Assembly: GCF_036365525.1 (NCBI RefSeq)
Contig: NC_090388.1
Coordinates: 68,256,258-68,320,257 of the forward strand
Source: Heterodontus francisci
Taxonomy: Eukaryota
Length of the DNA stretch: 64,000 nt
Reading direction: 5' to 3'
Shown: positions 45,119-58,666 of the stretch, one piece after another
Layout: every line of letters starts with the position of its first letter
Position numbering within the stretch: the first letter of the stretch is position 1
Notes under the pieces: generated by a model
Database searches by the model: none
What the model was told of the DNA's origin: nothing
The model's input: the letters and a program-made list of their open reading frames with translations, nothing else
Position numbers and translations under genes: made by a program

Positions 45119-47364
45119 CAAGTTAGAAGCATTTGTGGAAAGCCTGAACAGGTTAGTATATGAAACTTTGTCCACTTGAGTTATCCAGAAATAAAATTTA
45201 TAGACATCATCCTTCCAAATTTATCTGAAGAAAATATTCATAAAGCTAGATTCAACTGGTGATTGCAGGATTGTTCTGGAGGAGGTTAGTAATTTGAAGT
45301 GGTTAATTAAGAGTATTACTAAATAAGTGTCATTGGTACCAATCTGCTAAATAAACCAGCTACCTCAGACATCCTGAACCATTCAAATGGCTTGTTGTAT
45401 GAACACCGAGTCCTAAAGTCACACTGTATTTTTAATTCGCCAGAGATATGTCCGTTAGCCGGAAGTACCACTGGAAACATTGTAGTACCCACCTAGTTTT
45501 GTCTTCATCTTCTAGTTTAGCCAGTATCTTGTTCCCAATTGATGCTAGCAAGTAATTATGTAGATTTCTTTATAGGAATTCCAATTCATTCAGAACAGAG
45601 CACCCTGCAGGAAGCAACACTATGGCATTGGATGCCACTTAAAAATGATATGTACTTTCTCATGCCAAGCGAAGCAAAGATGCTACATTTAACAGGACAT
45701 CAGGAATTGGTCCAAGCATTAGGACAATCTGTGAACTTCAGAGACCCTTTCAGTCTCAGCTATTAATGAGAAAGGGCCTAAAATGTGCACATTTCAAAGA
45801 AAGGCACTTAAGTTAGATAAAATGTGGATTCCATCTAGGAAGATGGTTCCCAGACCATGGATACTCTCATACTAAACCCTCACCTACACACACGTGATGG
45901 TGCAAACCGGCAGGAGTTGTTTGATGAAGCTGTCATTTATTTGGAATCTATTTACTGTTGCTCAATTGGATCGATGATGATGAATGGACTCCTCCACAAT
46001 ATCAAAGAAAGGTGCTGATTTATACAGAAGACAGTAAATGCAGTATGAATGCATTGCGAAAGTGATATCAAATCTTAAATTGTGGCAAGTAAAATTATGA
46101 ATGCTTGTAATTGATAAAAAAAAATGAAGGATTTGCTTTAAAATTTATATTGTTCATAATCCAAATTTTGCAGAATGCCATTAAGTGTTGCTCAGATGAG
46201 AGCTAGTTATGCTGTTACAATGAATCATTAGACAGAACATGCTGCATGAGACATGAAATAATTTTCCACTGGTGTAATACAATAAAGTGGACTACTTTAT
46301 CGTGGTACAATGTAACTCAGGGCTCTGGGAGATGACTTACTGCCAATGAGTTAACTAACTGAAATATTTTAAGTTTTAAAAAGGCTGGCCCTTCCCTTTA
46401 AAGCTTTCTAATTAGAAACAATTTACATTTCCTTTGATAAACTACTGATATTTATATAGTGCCTTAATGTAATAAGACGTCCCAAGGCATATCCAATGAA
46501 GGTCACAATAGCAAATAATTTGAGGATCTATAATCAGAATTGTATCTCAGGTTGTTTTCTATCACCCTGGCCATACCAGTTTTGTAATCTAAGTTTAATA
46601 ATAAACCTTGGCAGCTTTATGCAGGCAGTTAAGTTCTAGTTTTTTTTTCCAATTAGTCTCTGTTGCAAAAAGACTGTAAGCAGAAATGTGATGAACACAA
46701 TGGCAGTAAACCAACTAGCAGGTTCAGTTGTTGCAGGGTAGAGAATTGTCAGATGAGAGATGGTTGAAGACTTGTTGCAGTGATGGAGTATTTTTCCTGC
46801 TAAAGTAAAATTAGCATGTCCCAGGTGTCACTGTTTAGACTAGTACCTGCTTACAGTGTTATGGAGCAGGCAATCCTAGGTTATGCTGCCAACTCTGCTT
46901 CACTCTTTGGCCAGGTCAAAATTAGCTCTGCTCTCATGATTGAATGCATACACTAAACATGGCTCATTAAATCTGAATTGGCGTACAAATACCAATGTTA
47001 AAACATTGACCACTGTCGTCCCTGTTAACATTAAAAAGATTTTAAAATTATGTATAAAAACATTATTGGATAAACCTGGGAACACAAGCTTGGCGTCACA
47101 CCTATTATAGATGTCTTGTAGATTGTGAGGCTACTTCCTGGAAATGGTATCAAAACATCTGACTAAATTTGATTTTCACACCCTAATTCCATGGCACAAT
47201 TTGAACTGATGCAAAACAGAAATCACTTTTCATCAACTCACATTGTTGACTCAATTATACTGTAGCTGGCTTACACAGATTTGTCAAGAGTTTCAAAAAC
47301 AAAGCAGAACAATTGAAGGAAGTCTACAAATTGGAGTAAAGATACAACAGGAAAGTGTACTTCT

Positions 47365-49905
47365 TACAAACATATAAATTATTTTTTATTTACAAAGCCT
47401 GTTACAAAACAAAACAAAAAAATACATCCCTCACTAGAGAATATCTCCAAGCTGGGGGTTGAACCATGGCAGTATCAATCAGAAACAAGGTTTGTTCAAT
47501 TTATTTTCTCCGTACGCCATCGAATTAACTATTTACAGCTATTCTAGACACCATTCTGTTAACAATACCACAAAGATGAAGGTAGGCATGGAATGAATGC
47601 AATGACACTGCTAGTGACAGTAAAGGGGGGGGGGGGGGGGGGCGGGGAAGAGGAGGAGAGAGAGGAAGAGATGGAAAAGTGCACAAAGCAAATTGAAAAT
47701 ACATAGTGTTATTAAATCCATTTACAGAAAGAGAACAGTTACGGTATGGCACGCAGGATGTTTTTTTTTACATGCTTTCATTATCTTCGGATGGGGGAAA
47801 AATTGAAAACTGCAGTAGGAAAGCACAATGAGGCAGGTGCAAATTCTTGTCTGTGCAACAGCAGTATTAACACACCCATGACTGACCAGCAATGCAAAAC
47901 CCACAGAGTTTTGTCAAAATGCCATGGGTCAACAGTGTAACAAAAAATAAGGTGTAAATAGAAAAACTTTTTTCCCCAAGAATTCACTGAGATTCAGCAA
48001 TAATATAATAATGCTGTATAAACTATTTTCTACAAAGTTTTTGATCAGCTTTATATACAATTGTTACATCAATACAAAAGAAGGCATACAGTAATCTGCT
48101 GTCTCTTTATGGCTGACAGGCTTATGCATTGCGTCCATGATTTGTACTGGTACAATATACAATACCAAGACCCACAATGTGGGCAACTACTGACACTTTT
48201 TATATAATTACCAAATTGTCCCCTTCAGTCACGGACTTCTTTTGCATCTCACTGCCCAGTAGCAGTTCCTGACGAGTACAGCCAGTTTTAGAAGGAAAGT
48301 TTGCATTCATGACAGACTTCAGCTTTTGTTTTAATATATATATAAAAAATTATTCTAATTATTGGGAATTCATTTCCCACCCCCTGTAGCTTTATAACAA
48401 CCCACAATAAATTAGAAAAATTAAAACACTTATAAGCTCCTAAGCTAACCATGACAAACATTTGTGCAAAAATAACAACAGATATGTACACAATCTTCAG
48501 TCTAACAAAATGTACATAGCAAAAATTCAATCCAAATTTATTTAAAAAATATATAAACACACAACTTCTGACTCTCCTAAATTCTATTTCTGAACCTATC
48601 CTGGTCAGTTAGAGCATTAATAAAATGATAAATCATAAATTAATAAGAATTAACACCAATTAAAGGAACAATCTCTCAACTGGGTGGATGATGATTAGCT
48701 TAAGAAAAATATTTCTCTGTGCTGCAACTTCATTTTAACAGTCTCTGCACACCAGCTTTAGTTTATTTCACAGAACATCCTTCTCTTCTAACTACAATCC
48801 ATTATTAAAAACCATAAAAATCCATCCCTATTACAGGAACATCCTTGTTTTTCTTTAATCCCTGCCTCTTTTTTTTAATTGGGAAGAATCCATCACAAAT
48901 AAGTGCACTTTTAACACTGAATAATAAGATGTCATTAACACTTCCTTTACCTTTGCTCGCTACGTATCTCTCATCAGTCCCTCTGCAACTGCACTCATGA
49001 CATCATCAAGCTAGAATACTCCACCTTTTTGTAACATCCTGATACAAAGCTGGTGACAATACAGTTTCCATTACCCTCCTCTTAGCTTAAAAGGGTACTT
49101 TCTCAAGATTTCACTTGTGCCAACAAATGGAACAAATTTTGCCATTAGCAAAGACTGTATTTCAAAAAAAAAGTATATTTTTGTTTTATGGTAGCTGGGT
49201 CTCTTCAGGGATGGAATTACAAATGCAACACTAAAGTGTGAATGCCAGTACAACAAAGACTGGGCATTTTCCTTCAATGCCTCAGACTGCGCAAAATCTG
49301 CCATGTCACAAATCAAAATTTTAATGACAGGAAATATCATTTATATAAAAACTATAGGGATACAAATTGTAATCATGTGGGATTCCATAAATCCTGCTAA
49401 TTGTCAAGAATTTAAAAAAATGTCCAGGTAAAAAATAGGCTTTGATACCTTTTATCTTTGCGCATTTGCCAAGTTGCTTTAGATCATGATTAACATTTCT
49501 GATTATAATAATTCCCATAGGAGGTTTTTGGGGGGGGGGGGGGTTGTGGGGGTGAAGAAAATCATGATTATCCTGGCTTTTCTAGAATTTGTTATATTGC
49601 ATTACTTGGGCATCCTTAAACCACCACCAAAAGGACAAGTGAAATAGGGCTTTCCTTCACACAACCAAAAGGAATGATTGGTAAGTCACCGCACGCTCAT
49701 TCACCATTGCTAAAAGAATGGGTGGGTAGGTGGGTGGAAGAGAGGGGGGAAGGCCGCTAGGAGGTATTGGCTGAAAGGGAGGGTTCTTCACGTCTTCAGA
49801 GCAGAGGTTTTTGTCTTATTCATGCAGTCCATTGTGCAGTCGAAGGTGAGTACCAGAGCCACTTGCAACCACGGTCTTTTAACTACTACCCCAGAAGATC
49901 AGTTT
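47365..49905 (-). other. ATXN7L1: ATXN7L1 3' UTR (~2.5 kb, no recognisable transposons)
   Basis: Follows the stop codon at 49906; AT-rich unique sequence. Minus-strand AATAAA at 47385-47390 and 47500-47505. The cleavage position is inferred. Confidence 0.65.
47385..47390 (-). terminator. candidate polyadenylation signal AATAAA
   Basis: Plus-strand tttatt; upstream UGUA elements and U/GU-rich sequence downstream in mRNA sense. Confidence 0.55.
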
Positions 49906-49923
49906 TCACTGATGGACTTTCGG
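49906..49923 (-). CDS. ATXN7L1: ataxin-7-like 1, terminal coding mini-exon (PKVHQ*)
   Basis: Strong acceptor ttctgtttccctttttttgcag followed by CCG AAA GTC CAT CAG TGA; phase 0 matches the upstream exon; parallels the ATXN7 terminus Q|PKARP*. Confidence 0.7.
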   Translation of the reverse strand, partial: PKVHQ

Positions 49924-50523
49924 CTGCAAAAAAAGGGAAACAGAATTAAGCTCCAGCGTACACAGATTTAAATGGAGATAACAAAAAAAAGAATGCTCTA
50001 ATCATAGTTTGTTTCATTTAAATATGAATATTTAACAAGATATGCTTGAGATGGTGGCTCTGATTGTAAGGTGGAGTTTAGAGATGTTTTCTTGAGAAAT
50101 TCTGAAGCTCATTTAAAAGAAGAATCTGGTCCAAATTACCATACAACAGCATCTTAAGAAAAAAACTTAAGTTCAATCAATACAAGAATCATTTTTTCTC
50201 TCTCTTTCATCCCTTTAAAAAAATCTGGGCTGAGAAGACAGGGAAGCAAGATTAAGATCAAATGATAATTGAATATGCAGAGAAGTTATTTGGGTCTCAG
50301 AAGAACAATGAGCAGCATTCATAACCAATACACAACTATCTGAATACGAGTACATCCAAACTATGACAGCACACCACTAACCTTGGGATCCACAATGAAA
50401 AATATGCATAAGATTTTGCAAGACAATTCATAAGACTTACGAATCATTTTTGCAGAGACTGGCATCAATGGGAACATTCCAAATTAGGTTCACATGCTCA
50501 TTACGCGAGTTCCAGCTTTTAAT

Positions 50524-51435
50524 TGCTACGACTGAGGTCGGAGGAGTGCACTGTCTTTCTTGAGTTCCACTTCTCCATGGGTCACAACATATACTTAAAT
50601 GTTTTAACCAGTTACCGATATGGTCAATTATATACACTATTTTTATTTCATAATAAAATCCACCAACTGGGTTTCTTTCATAAGCGACAGAATTATTAAT
50701 TTATAATAAAACAAGACTTATTCAATAAAGATGCAAAGCATTAACACGCAGGTTGAAATATGGAAGTTCCCTTCTAAATTAGCCCAACACACGCACACAC
50801 ACCAGTTAAAGAAAAATAAAGACGTTTTCTCTGCATAGATCTCATCACAAAAAGACAAAAAAATACTTTGGCCAAATACTTGTTAATTCTTGAAGATATG
50901 CAATGTTCTCCGCTGGCCCTTTTAGTCTGGCATCCAGATCCTCGTAGACGGCTGCCACTGGGATCATTTTTTGGAGCAGTTCTCTTCAGGCGACATTGAG
51001 GATTAGCCTGGCAGGCTTTTCAGGAGAAATGCGGCATTAATTTCTCCAGTCCACACACTGGATTCTTAGGGTTTCACAAAGGGGTGGAGAAGGATGAGCT
51101 GGTGACTTCTCTTTTAGCAGGCTTACCCCCAAATGACTCAAAACAATATCCAAAATGAAATCAACTTTTGATCACCATAAATCTTGACGTCACTTGTCTG
51201 TAAACAATTCCCCTAGTCACCAAGGCTCCTACTGTTTACTTAGCTTAAGGTACGGACCATTCAGTAAGGATTTGTTTTTAAACAAAATCTCAAGTCCTTC
51301 CAGTGACCTTTTTCTTAAAAAAAAAATGAAATCCAGCATCTATGGAATCTCTTCAGTCTTTCAAATAGATCCATTTCCACAATTTTTAAACATGAGTCCT
51401 CAGAAATTAAAAAGAATGGAAGCACTTTCATAACA
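50524..51435. mobile_element. solo LTR (family A), 912 bp
   Basis: TGCTAC...ATAACA termini, TSD TAAT/TAAG, collinear with 5009-6020. Confidence 0.82.
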
Positions 51436-51844
51436 TAAGTTATTAGTTCAATAAATATCTTCCTTGCCTCTCCCTCTTTCTCCCCATTTCTGTTTGTGCT
51501 CGAACAAAGCTACCCTTCTCAGGAGGGTGAGATGCCTCAGCCTGTAGATCTGTGATTATCATCAATGCCTGTGCTTCACTGACCTATCAGGTAGCATGCT
51601 TGACCAATAGCAACTGTAACTTGCTTATGTTATTATATTTTGCACCTTTAGTGCATAATATGTCCTCAGGTAGAGGAGCAAACAATGCAGCACCAACACG
51701 ATAACCCTCAAACTTGCCCTCCCCTGAAACTATAGAAACACATTGTTCTGGGGCAAGATGGAGTACCAATAAGTCATGACTGAAATTCAATCCTGTGCTT
51801 GGAGTTGTGCACTCTTGTACTCTGGCTCCCTCTCTTACCTTCTG

Positions 51845-54800
51845 GGAGCGGAGCGGACCTGTGGGGAGAACGCCGAGAGCGGAGCCTATAAATCGAACCA
51901 GAGGATCTAGGCCCAGTGTCTTACCTTCCGGGAGCGGAGAGGAGCGGACCTGTGTGAGAGCAGTCGGACCTCTTCCAGCATGCGGAGTTTTGAAAAAAGA
52001 AAGCCAACAGTGACGTCACAGGAGAGCTGGTTGGTGAGTCACTGCTGTTAGGAAATAGCTCTAAATAGCTGGGTAAGTATCTCAGGTAAGAAAAGTTAAA
52101 AGTTTCTTTCAAATATAGTAAGTAGTGTTTTTTTTTTAGGGAGCTCTGTAGTAACGAGGACCAGGGAAGAAGGGCCCTACAGTAACTGATATTATTGGAC
52201 ATAAAGATCTTCCAGATGGTTTAATTTAATTTAAAGGGTTAAGTCATGGCAGGAGAGCTCAAAGCTGTGGCATGCTCCATGTCGGAAGCTGGGAACATTT
52301 CCAGTGACCGGGACCAGCACGTGTGCAGGAAGTGTGTCCAGCTGCAGCTCCTGGAAGCCCGGGTTTCGGAGCTGGAGCGGCAGCTGGGGACACTGTGGAG
52401 CATCCACAAGGCAGAGAGTATCGTGGATAGCAGGTATAGAGACGTGGTCACACCATAGTCTCAGACCCCACAGGCAGGAAGGGAATGGGTGACCACCAGG
52501 CAGAGCAAGAGGACTAGGCAGGCAGTTCAGGAATCTCCTGTGGCTATTCCCCTGCAAAACAGGTATACTGCTTTGGATACAGTTGGGGGGATTGGCCTCT
52601 CAGGGGAAAGCAGCAACAGCCCAATTCACTACACCACGGTTGGCTCTGCTGCACAGGGAGGTGTAAAAAGTGTGGGAATGCAATAGTTATAGGGGATTCA
52701 ATTGTAAGGAGAATAGATAGGCATTTCTGTGGCCGCAAAAGAGACTCCAGGATAGTATGTTGCCTCCCTGGTGCTCGGGTCAAGGATGTCTCAGAGCGGT
52801 TATAGGCATTCTAAAGGGGGAGGCTGAGTAAGTTGAAAAGTAGGACCTCCTAGGTAGTCATCTCAGGATTACTACCAGTGCCATGTGCAAGTCATAGTAG
52901 AAATAGCAGGATATATCGGATGAATACGTGGCTGAAGAGATGGTGTGAGGGGGAGGGTTTTAGATTCCTGGGGCATTGGGACCGATTCAGGGGGAGGTGG
53001 AAGCAGTACAAACTGGACAGGTTACACCTGGGCAGGCCCGGGAATGATGTCCTAGGGGGAGTATTTGCTAGAGTGGTTGGGGAGGGTTTAAACTAAAATG
53101 GCAGGGGGATGGGAACCTTTGCAAGGAGTCAGAGGAGGGGGGATCAAAGACAAGAACAAAAGACAGTAAGGGGAATAAGAAAAGTGATACACAGAGAAAT
53201 CAAGGGCCAGAATCAAACAGGGCCACAGTGAAAAATAGTGTTAAAAAGACAAGCCTTAAGGCTTTGTGCCTTAACGCGCGGAGCATTCGCAATAAAGTGG
53301 ATGAATTAATCACGCAAATAGATGTAAACGGGTATGATATAGTTGGGATTACGGAGACATGGCTGCAAGGTGACCAGGGTTGGGAAATGAACATCCAGGG
53401 ACATTCCGTATTTTGGAAGGACAGACAAAAAGCAAAAGGCGGTGGAGTTGCATTGCTGGTTAAAGAGGAAATTAACGCAATAAAGATGAAAGATATTAGC
53501 TCTGACGATGTGGAGTCTGTATGGGTAGAGCTGAGAAACACTAAGGGGCAAAAAACGTTAGTGGGGGTTGTATACAGACCCCCAAACTGTAGAGGTGATG
53601 TTGGGAATGGCATTAAACAGGAAATTAGAGATGCATGCGATAAAGGAACATCTGTAATTATGGGTGACATTAATCTGCATACAGATTGGGCAAATCAAAT
53701 TAGTCACAATACTGTAGAGGAGGAATTCTTGCAGTGTATACGGGATGGTTTTCTGGACCAATATGTTGAGGAACCAACTAGAGAACAGGCCATCCTAGAC
53801 TGGGTATTGTGTAATGAGAGAGGAATAATGGACAATCTAGTGGTGCGAGACACCTTGGGGATGAGCGACCATAATATGATAGAATTCTTCATCAAGATGG
53901 AGAGTGTCGTAGTTGATTCTGAGACAAGGGTCCTGAATCTCAGTAAAGGAAACTACAAAGGCATGAGGCGCGAATTGGCTATGACAGATTGGGAAATGTT
54001 ACTTAAAGGGATGACGGTGAATAGGCAATGGCAAACATTTAAAGAGCGCATGGAAGAACTGCAACAATTGTTTATCCCTGTCTGGCGCAAAAGTAAAACG
54101 GGAAAGGTAGCCAAACCATGGCTTACAAGGGAAATTAGAGATAACATTAGATCCAAAGAAGAGGCATTTAAATTTGCCAGGAAAAACAAAAGACCTGAGG
54201 ATTGGGAGCAGTTTAGAATTCAGCAAAGGTGGACCAAGGGATTGATTAAGAAGGGGAAAACAGAGTGCGAGAGCAAGCTTGCGAGGAACATAAAAACTGA
54301 CTGTAAAAATTTCTGTAGGTATGTGAAGAGAAAAAGATTGAAGACAAATGTAGGTCCCTTACAGTCAAACAGGGGAATTTATTATGGGGAATAAAGAAAT
54401 GGCTGACCAACTAAATACATACTTTGGTTCTGTCTTCACAAAGGAGGACACAAATATCATACCAGAAATGTCGGGGAACATAGGGCTTAGTGAGAGAGAG
54501 GAACTGAAAGAAATCATTATTAGTAGAGAAATGGCTTTGGGGAAACTGATGGGATTGAAGGCCGATAAATCCCCAGGGCCTGATGGTCTGCATCCCAAAG
54601 TACTTAAGGAAGTGGCCCTAGAAATAGTGGATGCATTGGTGGTCCTCTTCCAAGATTCTATAGACTCTGGAACAGTTCCTACAGATTGGAAGGTAGCTAA
54701 TGTAACCCCACTATTTAAAAAGGGAGGTAGAGAGAAAGCAGGGAATTATAGACCAGTCAGCCTGACATCGGTAGTGAGGAAAATTCTCAAGTCCATTATC

Positions 54801-56112
54801 AAAGATTTTATAGCAGAGCATTTACAAAACAGTGGTAGAATCGGGCAGAGTCAGCATGGATTTACGAAAGGGAAATCATGTTTGACAAATCTATTAGAAT
54901 TCTTCGAGGATGTAACTAGTAGAGTTGATGAGGGCGAGCCAGTGGATGTGGTTTATTTAGATTTTCAGAAGGCTTTCGACAAAGTCCCACATAAGAGGTT
55001 AGCAAGTAAAATTAAAGCACACGGGATTGGCGTAGTGTATTGCGATGGATAGAAAATTGGTTGGCGGACAGGAAACAATGAGTAGGGATAAATGGGTCTT
55101 TTTCCGAATGGCAGGCAGTGACTAGTGGGGTACCGCAGGAATCTGTGCTAGGACCCCAGCTCTTCACAATATACATTAATGATTTAGATGAGGGAACTAA
55201 ATGTAATATCTCCAAATTTGCAGATGACACAAAACTAGGTGGGAGGGTGAGTTGTGAAGAGGATACAGAGAGGCTTCAAGGTGATTTGGACAAGTTGAGT
55301 GAGTGGGCTAATGCATGGCAGATGCAGTATGATGTGGATAAATGTGAGGTTATACACTTTTGTAGCAAAACAGGAAGGCAGATTATCTGAATGGCTATAA
55401 ACTGAGAGAGACCTGCAGCGAGACCTGGGTGTTCTCGTACACCAGTCGCTGAAGGTAAGCACGCAGGTGGAACAGACGGTAAAAAAGGCAAATGGTATGT
55501 TGGCCTTCATAGGGATAGGATTCGAGTACAGAAGCAGGGATGTCTTGCTGCAATTATACAGGGCCTTGGTGAGGCCACACCTGGAATATTGTGTGTAATT
55601 TTGGTCTCCTTATCTGAGGAAGGATGTTCTTGCTATAGAGGGAGTGCAGCGAAGGTTTGTCAGACTGATTTCTGGCATGGCGGGACTGACGTATGAGGAG
55701 AGATTCAGTCGGTTAGGATTATATTCGCTGGAGTTCAGAAGAGTGAGGGGGGGATCTCATAGAAACCTATAAAATTCTAACAGGACTTGACAGGATAAAT
55801 GCAGGAAGGATGTTCCCGATGGTGGGGGAGTCCAGAACCAGGAGTCATAGTCTAAGGATACGGGGTAAACCTTTCAGGACTGAGATGAGGAGAAATTTCT
55901 TCACCCAGAGAGTGGTGAGCCTGTGGAATTTGCTACCACAGAAAGCAGTTGAGGCCAAAACATTATATGTTTTCAAGAAGGACTTAGATATAGCTCTTGG
56001 GTCTAAAGGGATCAAAGGGTATGGGGCGAAAGCCGGAACAGGTTACTAAGTTGGATGATCAGCTATGATCATAATGAATGGCCTACTCCTGCTCCTGTTT
56101 TCTATGTTTCTG
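51845..56112 (+). mobile_element. near full-length CR1 LINE (5'UTR, ORF1, ORF2), inactivated; antisense in the last ATXN7L1 intron
   Basis: 5' GGAGCGGA repeats. ORF1 from 52246 has C..C/HVCRKC, a leucine zipper and an SGNH-esterase IVIGDSIVR with an internal deletion. ORF2 has EN (LNARSI, ITETWL, GDIN, SDHN) and RT (QHGF, LDFQKAFDKVPH, GVPQ.SVLGP, KFADD) with frameshifts. Tail TTCTATGTTTCT. Confidence 0.95.
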
Positions 56113-56169
56113 TGATTAGAACAGATCAGATAGTTAAGATTCAATAACTACGCTACATTGTTAGCTGAC

Positions 56170-57694
56170 CGCAACAAGGGCCTCTAGGAGCCCCGTCCAA
56201 TTAACGACAGTAGTCGTGATTCCAGGCTGGGGGCCCAATAGGAGGCCTCCAGCACAGACAGATCAGCAGCCCCACCATCAGAGGTGGGAGCTGCTGAGGT
56301 ATGTAGGAGAAGGAGAGGGTGCCAGAATTGCACTTTCACAAACCTGATGGCCTGCTTAAAGGTTGGCTTGCTAAGCAGGTGGTTTTGATGCTTTCACCTC
56401 TGGACTTCTGTCTGGGTACCCACAGAGGGGTCAGCAGCCATCTCAAGGGATTTCCCTTTTCCCAGTGGAGCCGTCCATGCACTTTGGGGAATGGAGTGAA
56501 GGACGAAGGCAGTCTGGACTGGCAGCGGATGAGTCATAGCAACTGCAAGCTAACAAATGCACACATGGAGGAAGCTCTTGTTGTGGTTGTGGACCAATTG
56601 GATATTGAGGGAACAGAAGCCTTGCCTGGTCGATGGATCTCACTGACTGGTTGCTAGATACCTTGATGGCCGCATGGGCGCAAGCAATGATACCCTGCAC
56701 CTGGAGAAATCCAGCAATGGAGGCTGAACCTAATGCCCTCAGTGCCAGCGCAGACCCATCTGTGTCAAAGTGGGTGTAGTCCCTTGAAAAGGACATTGGT
56801 AACCTGCCTGATGACCTAATGAGATACCATCTAGATCAACAGATGATCCCTGGAATGAGCCGGTTCCATAGATGTTAAAAGCGATGGAGACCATGATGGC
56901 TCCAGGTTGGGGACTGCCATGGGGCTGTGAGGCCACAGGTCATTGTGGATCAGAGCACACAGGACTGAAACTATCTGCCTGGATAGGTGTAGCCTCCTAC
57001 TGCACTGGCACTCTGGTTTGCAGGTAGCTGACTCTCGGGCTGTGCACCTGGTGTCTTGGGTAGCGTCTTCCTCCCATTGCAGCCCCCCGCTGTGCTCCTC
57101 TGGCTCCTGCCATCCAGGAGGTTGCATCGGACACAGCTCAGCCTAGCTGTTCTGTCCAATGTTCCCATCCAAACTCCCTCAGCTGGGCTTTGTACGTTTA
57201 TCAGGCCTTCCCCTGCCAACCCCAGCTGCCTGTGATGCCAGCAGGCTCATGTCCCTCTCCAGTTTCCTGCCATGTACCAATGAAACATTCATCTCTTCCA
57301 GCTGCAGCAACAGCTACACTGAGGAACATCTGAAACAGCTCAGCTTTATTTGCTGCCTCTGAATTAATTTAATCAGCCCTTCCCATCGCTCTCATGTTCC
57401 TCCACAATGCTAATGTCTTCACAACCCTGTTGTGTTTCTCCCATGGTGTTTTCTCCGTTCCCAGCCTTTAAAAATTGCTCCCTGCTAATGACAAGCCAGT
57501 TAATGAGCTCTTTAATGAGCTCAACAGGCAATTAATTGGAGGCAAGCGCCGACCCATTCCCTCCCTGCCAGTGGCACTTTGAAAAAGCATCGGGTTCCAG
57601 AGACGGCGGAACCCAGTGCCGACCTCCGAGAACACGATATTCAAATTGCGATCGCAGCCGTTCCTGCATTCAGCAGAGTTTGAAAATACAGCCC
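56170..57694 (-). mobile_element. Harbinger-derived fragment
   Basis: Ends in AAAATACAGCCC-ATA like the other Harbinger termini; GC-rich low-complexity coding-like relic similar in style to 7400-8260. Confidence 0.45.
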
Positions 57695-58588
57695 ATAGGC
57701 TTTTCCGTTTTAGAAGTACATACTTAAAAGCTGTAAATTCAATATTTTTTCTGGAAATGTATTCTAGCAGAGAAGTTTCCTTTCAAGTGTACAGTTTTGC
57801 AGTCTATACAAATATTCTCATCATTACAAATGCTAATCTGTTAATTGTTCATCTGTCGACTATAGACCAGCCAAAGCCAATGCTCCACTCTAAGCTCTTT
57901 AGACAGTCGTATACCGTTTTATTATTTTAGCATAAAACAGCATTTTTCCAGATAAATGAGTTTTTGTACTACAGCATTCTTCACAGAGACTGTTAATTCC
58001 TGATAAGCAGTGTATAACAAAATGTGGAAAATCAGTTATACACTTAACAGGACTGGACTGTATAGCTCTTTCGCTGTGTGTTCTAATCTTTCTCCCTTCC
58101 TGGGAGCCAAAGAAAGTTTTAAGGGGATTAAAGGGATTAAGGTTCCCCTGAGGAAATTGCTACTGTCTACCAGCTTCTAGGTTTTTGAGGGCAAAAAGTT
58201 TTGCTGCATTGGAATTTGAAGCATTTACTTTCAGTTTTGTGTCCCAGGTTTCTCTACCAGTGAGGTTTCAAGTAGGTAGAAAATTATCTTTAAAAGCATC
58301 AGTATGGTCCTTGTCAATTTCTTAAAATATCAATAGACTCCACGCACCAATGCTGCTTATTCTAAAGATGTACAAACAACATAACATCAGTTACAATATT
58401 ATGTGCTGTTGTTTTACTAATAGACAGGAATTTTGGAGTAAACATAAAGCTCAGTTTGCTCCCACAGATTTATCTAAAGACCACACTTAGGAACCAATTC
58501 CAAAACAATCCTGCCATCTTAAGGTCACTTAAATATACTGCAACTCCACTGCAGCCATTAATACTGGTGTAAATACTTAGTTACCTAC

Positions 58589-58666
58589 TTGTCTGTTACC
58601 ATGTACAGGGTTTGTTGTAGTTGAAGGACTGGACTGTGATAACGATACACTGCTACTTTTCCCAAT
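58589..58666 (-). CDS. ATXN7L1: ataxin-7-like 1, penultimate coding exon (78 nt)
   Basis: tttcttttatgcag|IGKSSSVSLSQSSPSTTTNPVHGNRQ|gtaggt, matching recalled mammalian ATXN7L1 VGKNSSLALSQSSPSSISSPGHSRQ; synteny with EFCAB10. Confidence 0.85.

Noticed and set aside
49815-49923. alternative-frame long tail equivalent to ATXN7 isoform b
   Set aside because: Both alternative frames hit stops within about 12 codons.
53228-55390. active CR1 ORF2
   Set aside because: Broken by several frameshifts and stops, and ORF1 has a stop and an internal deletion.
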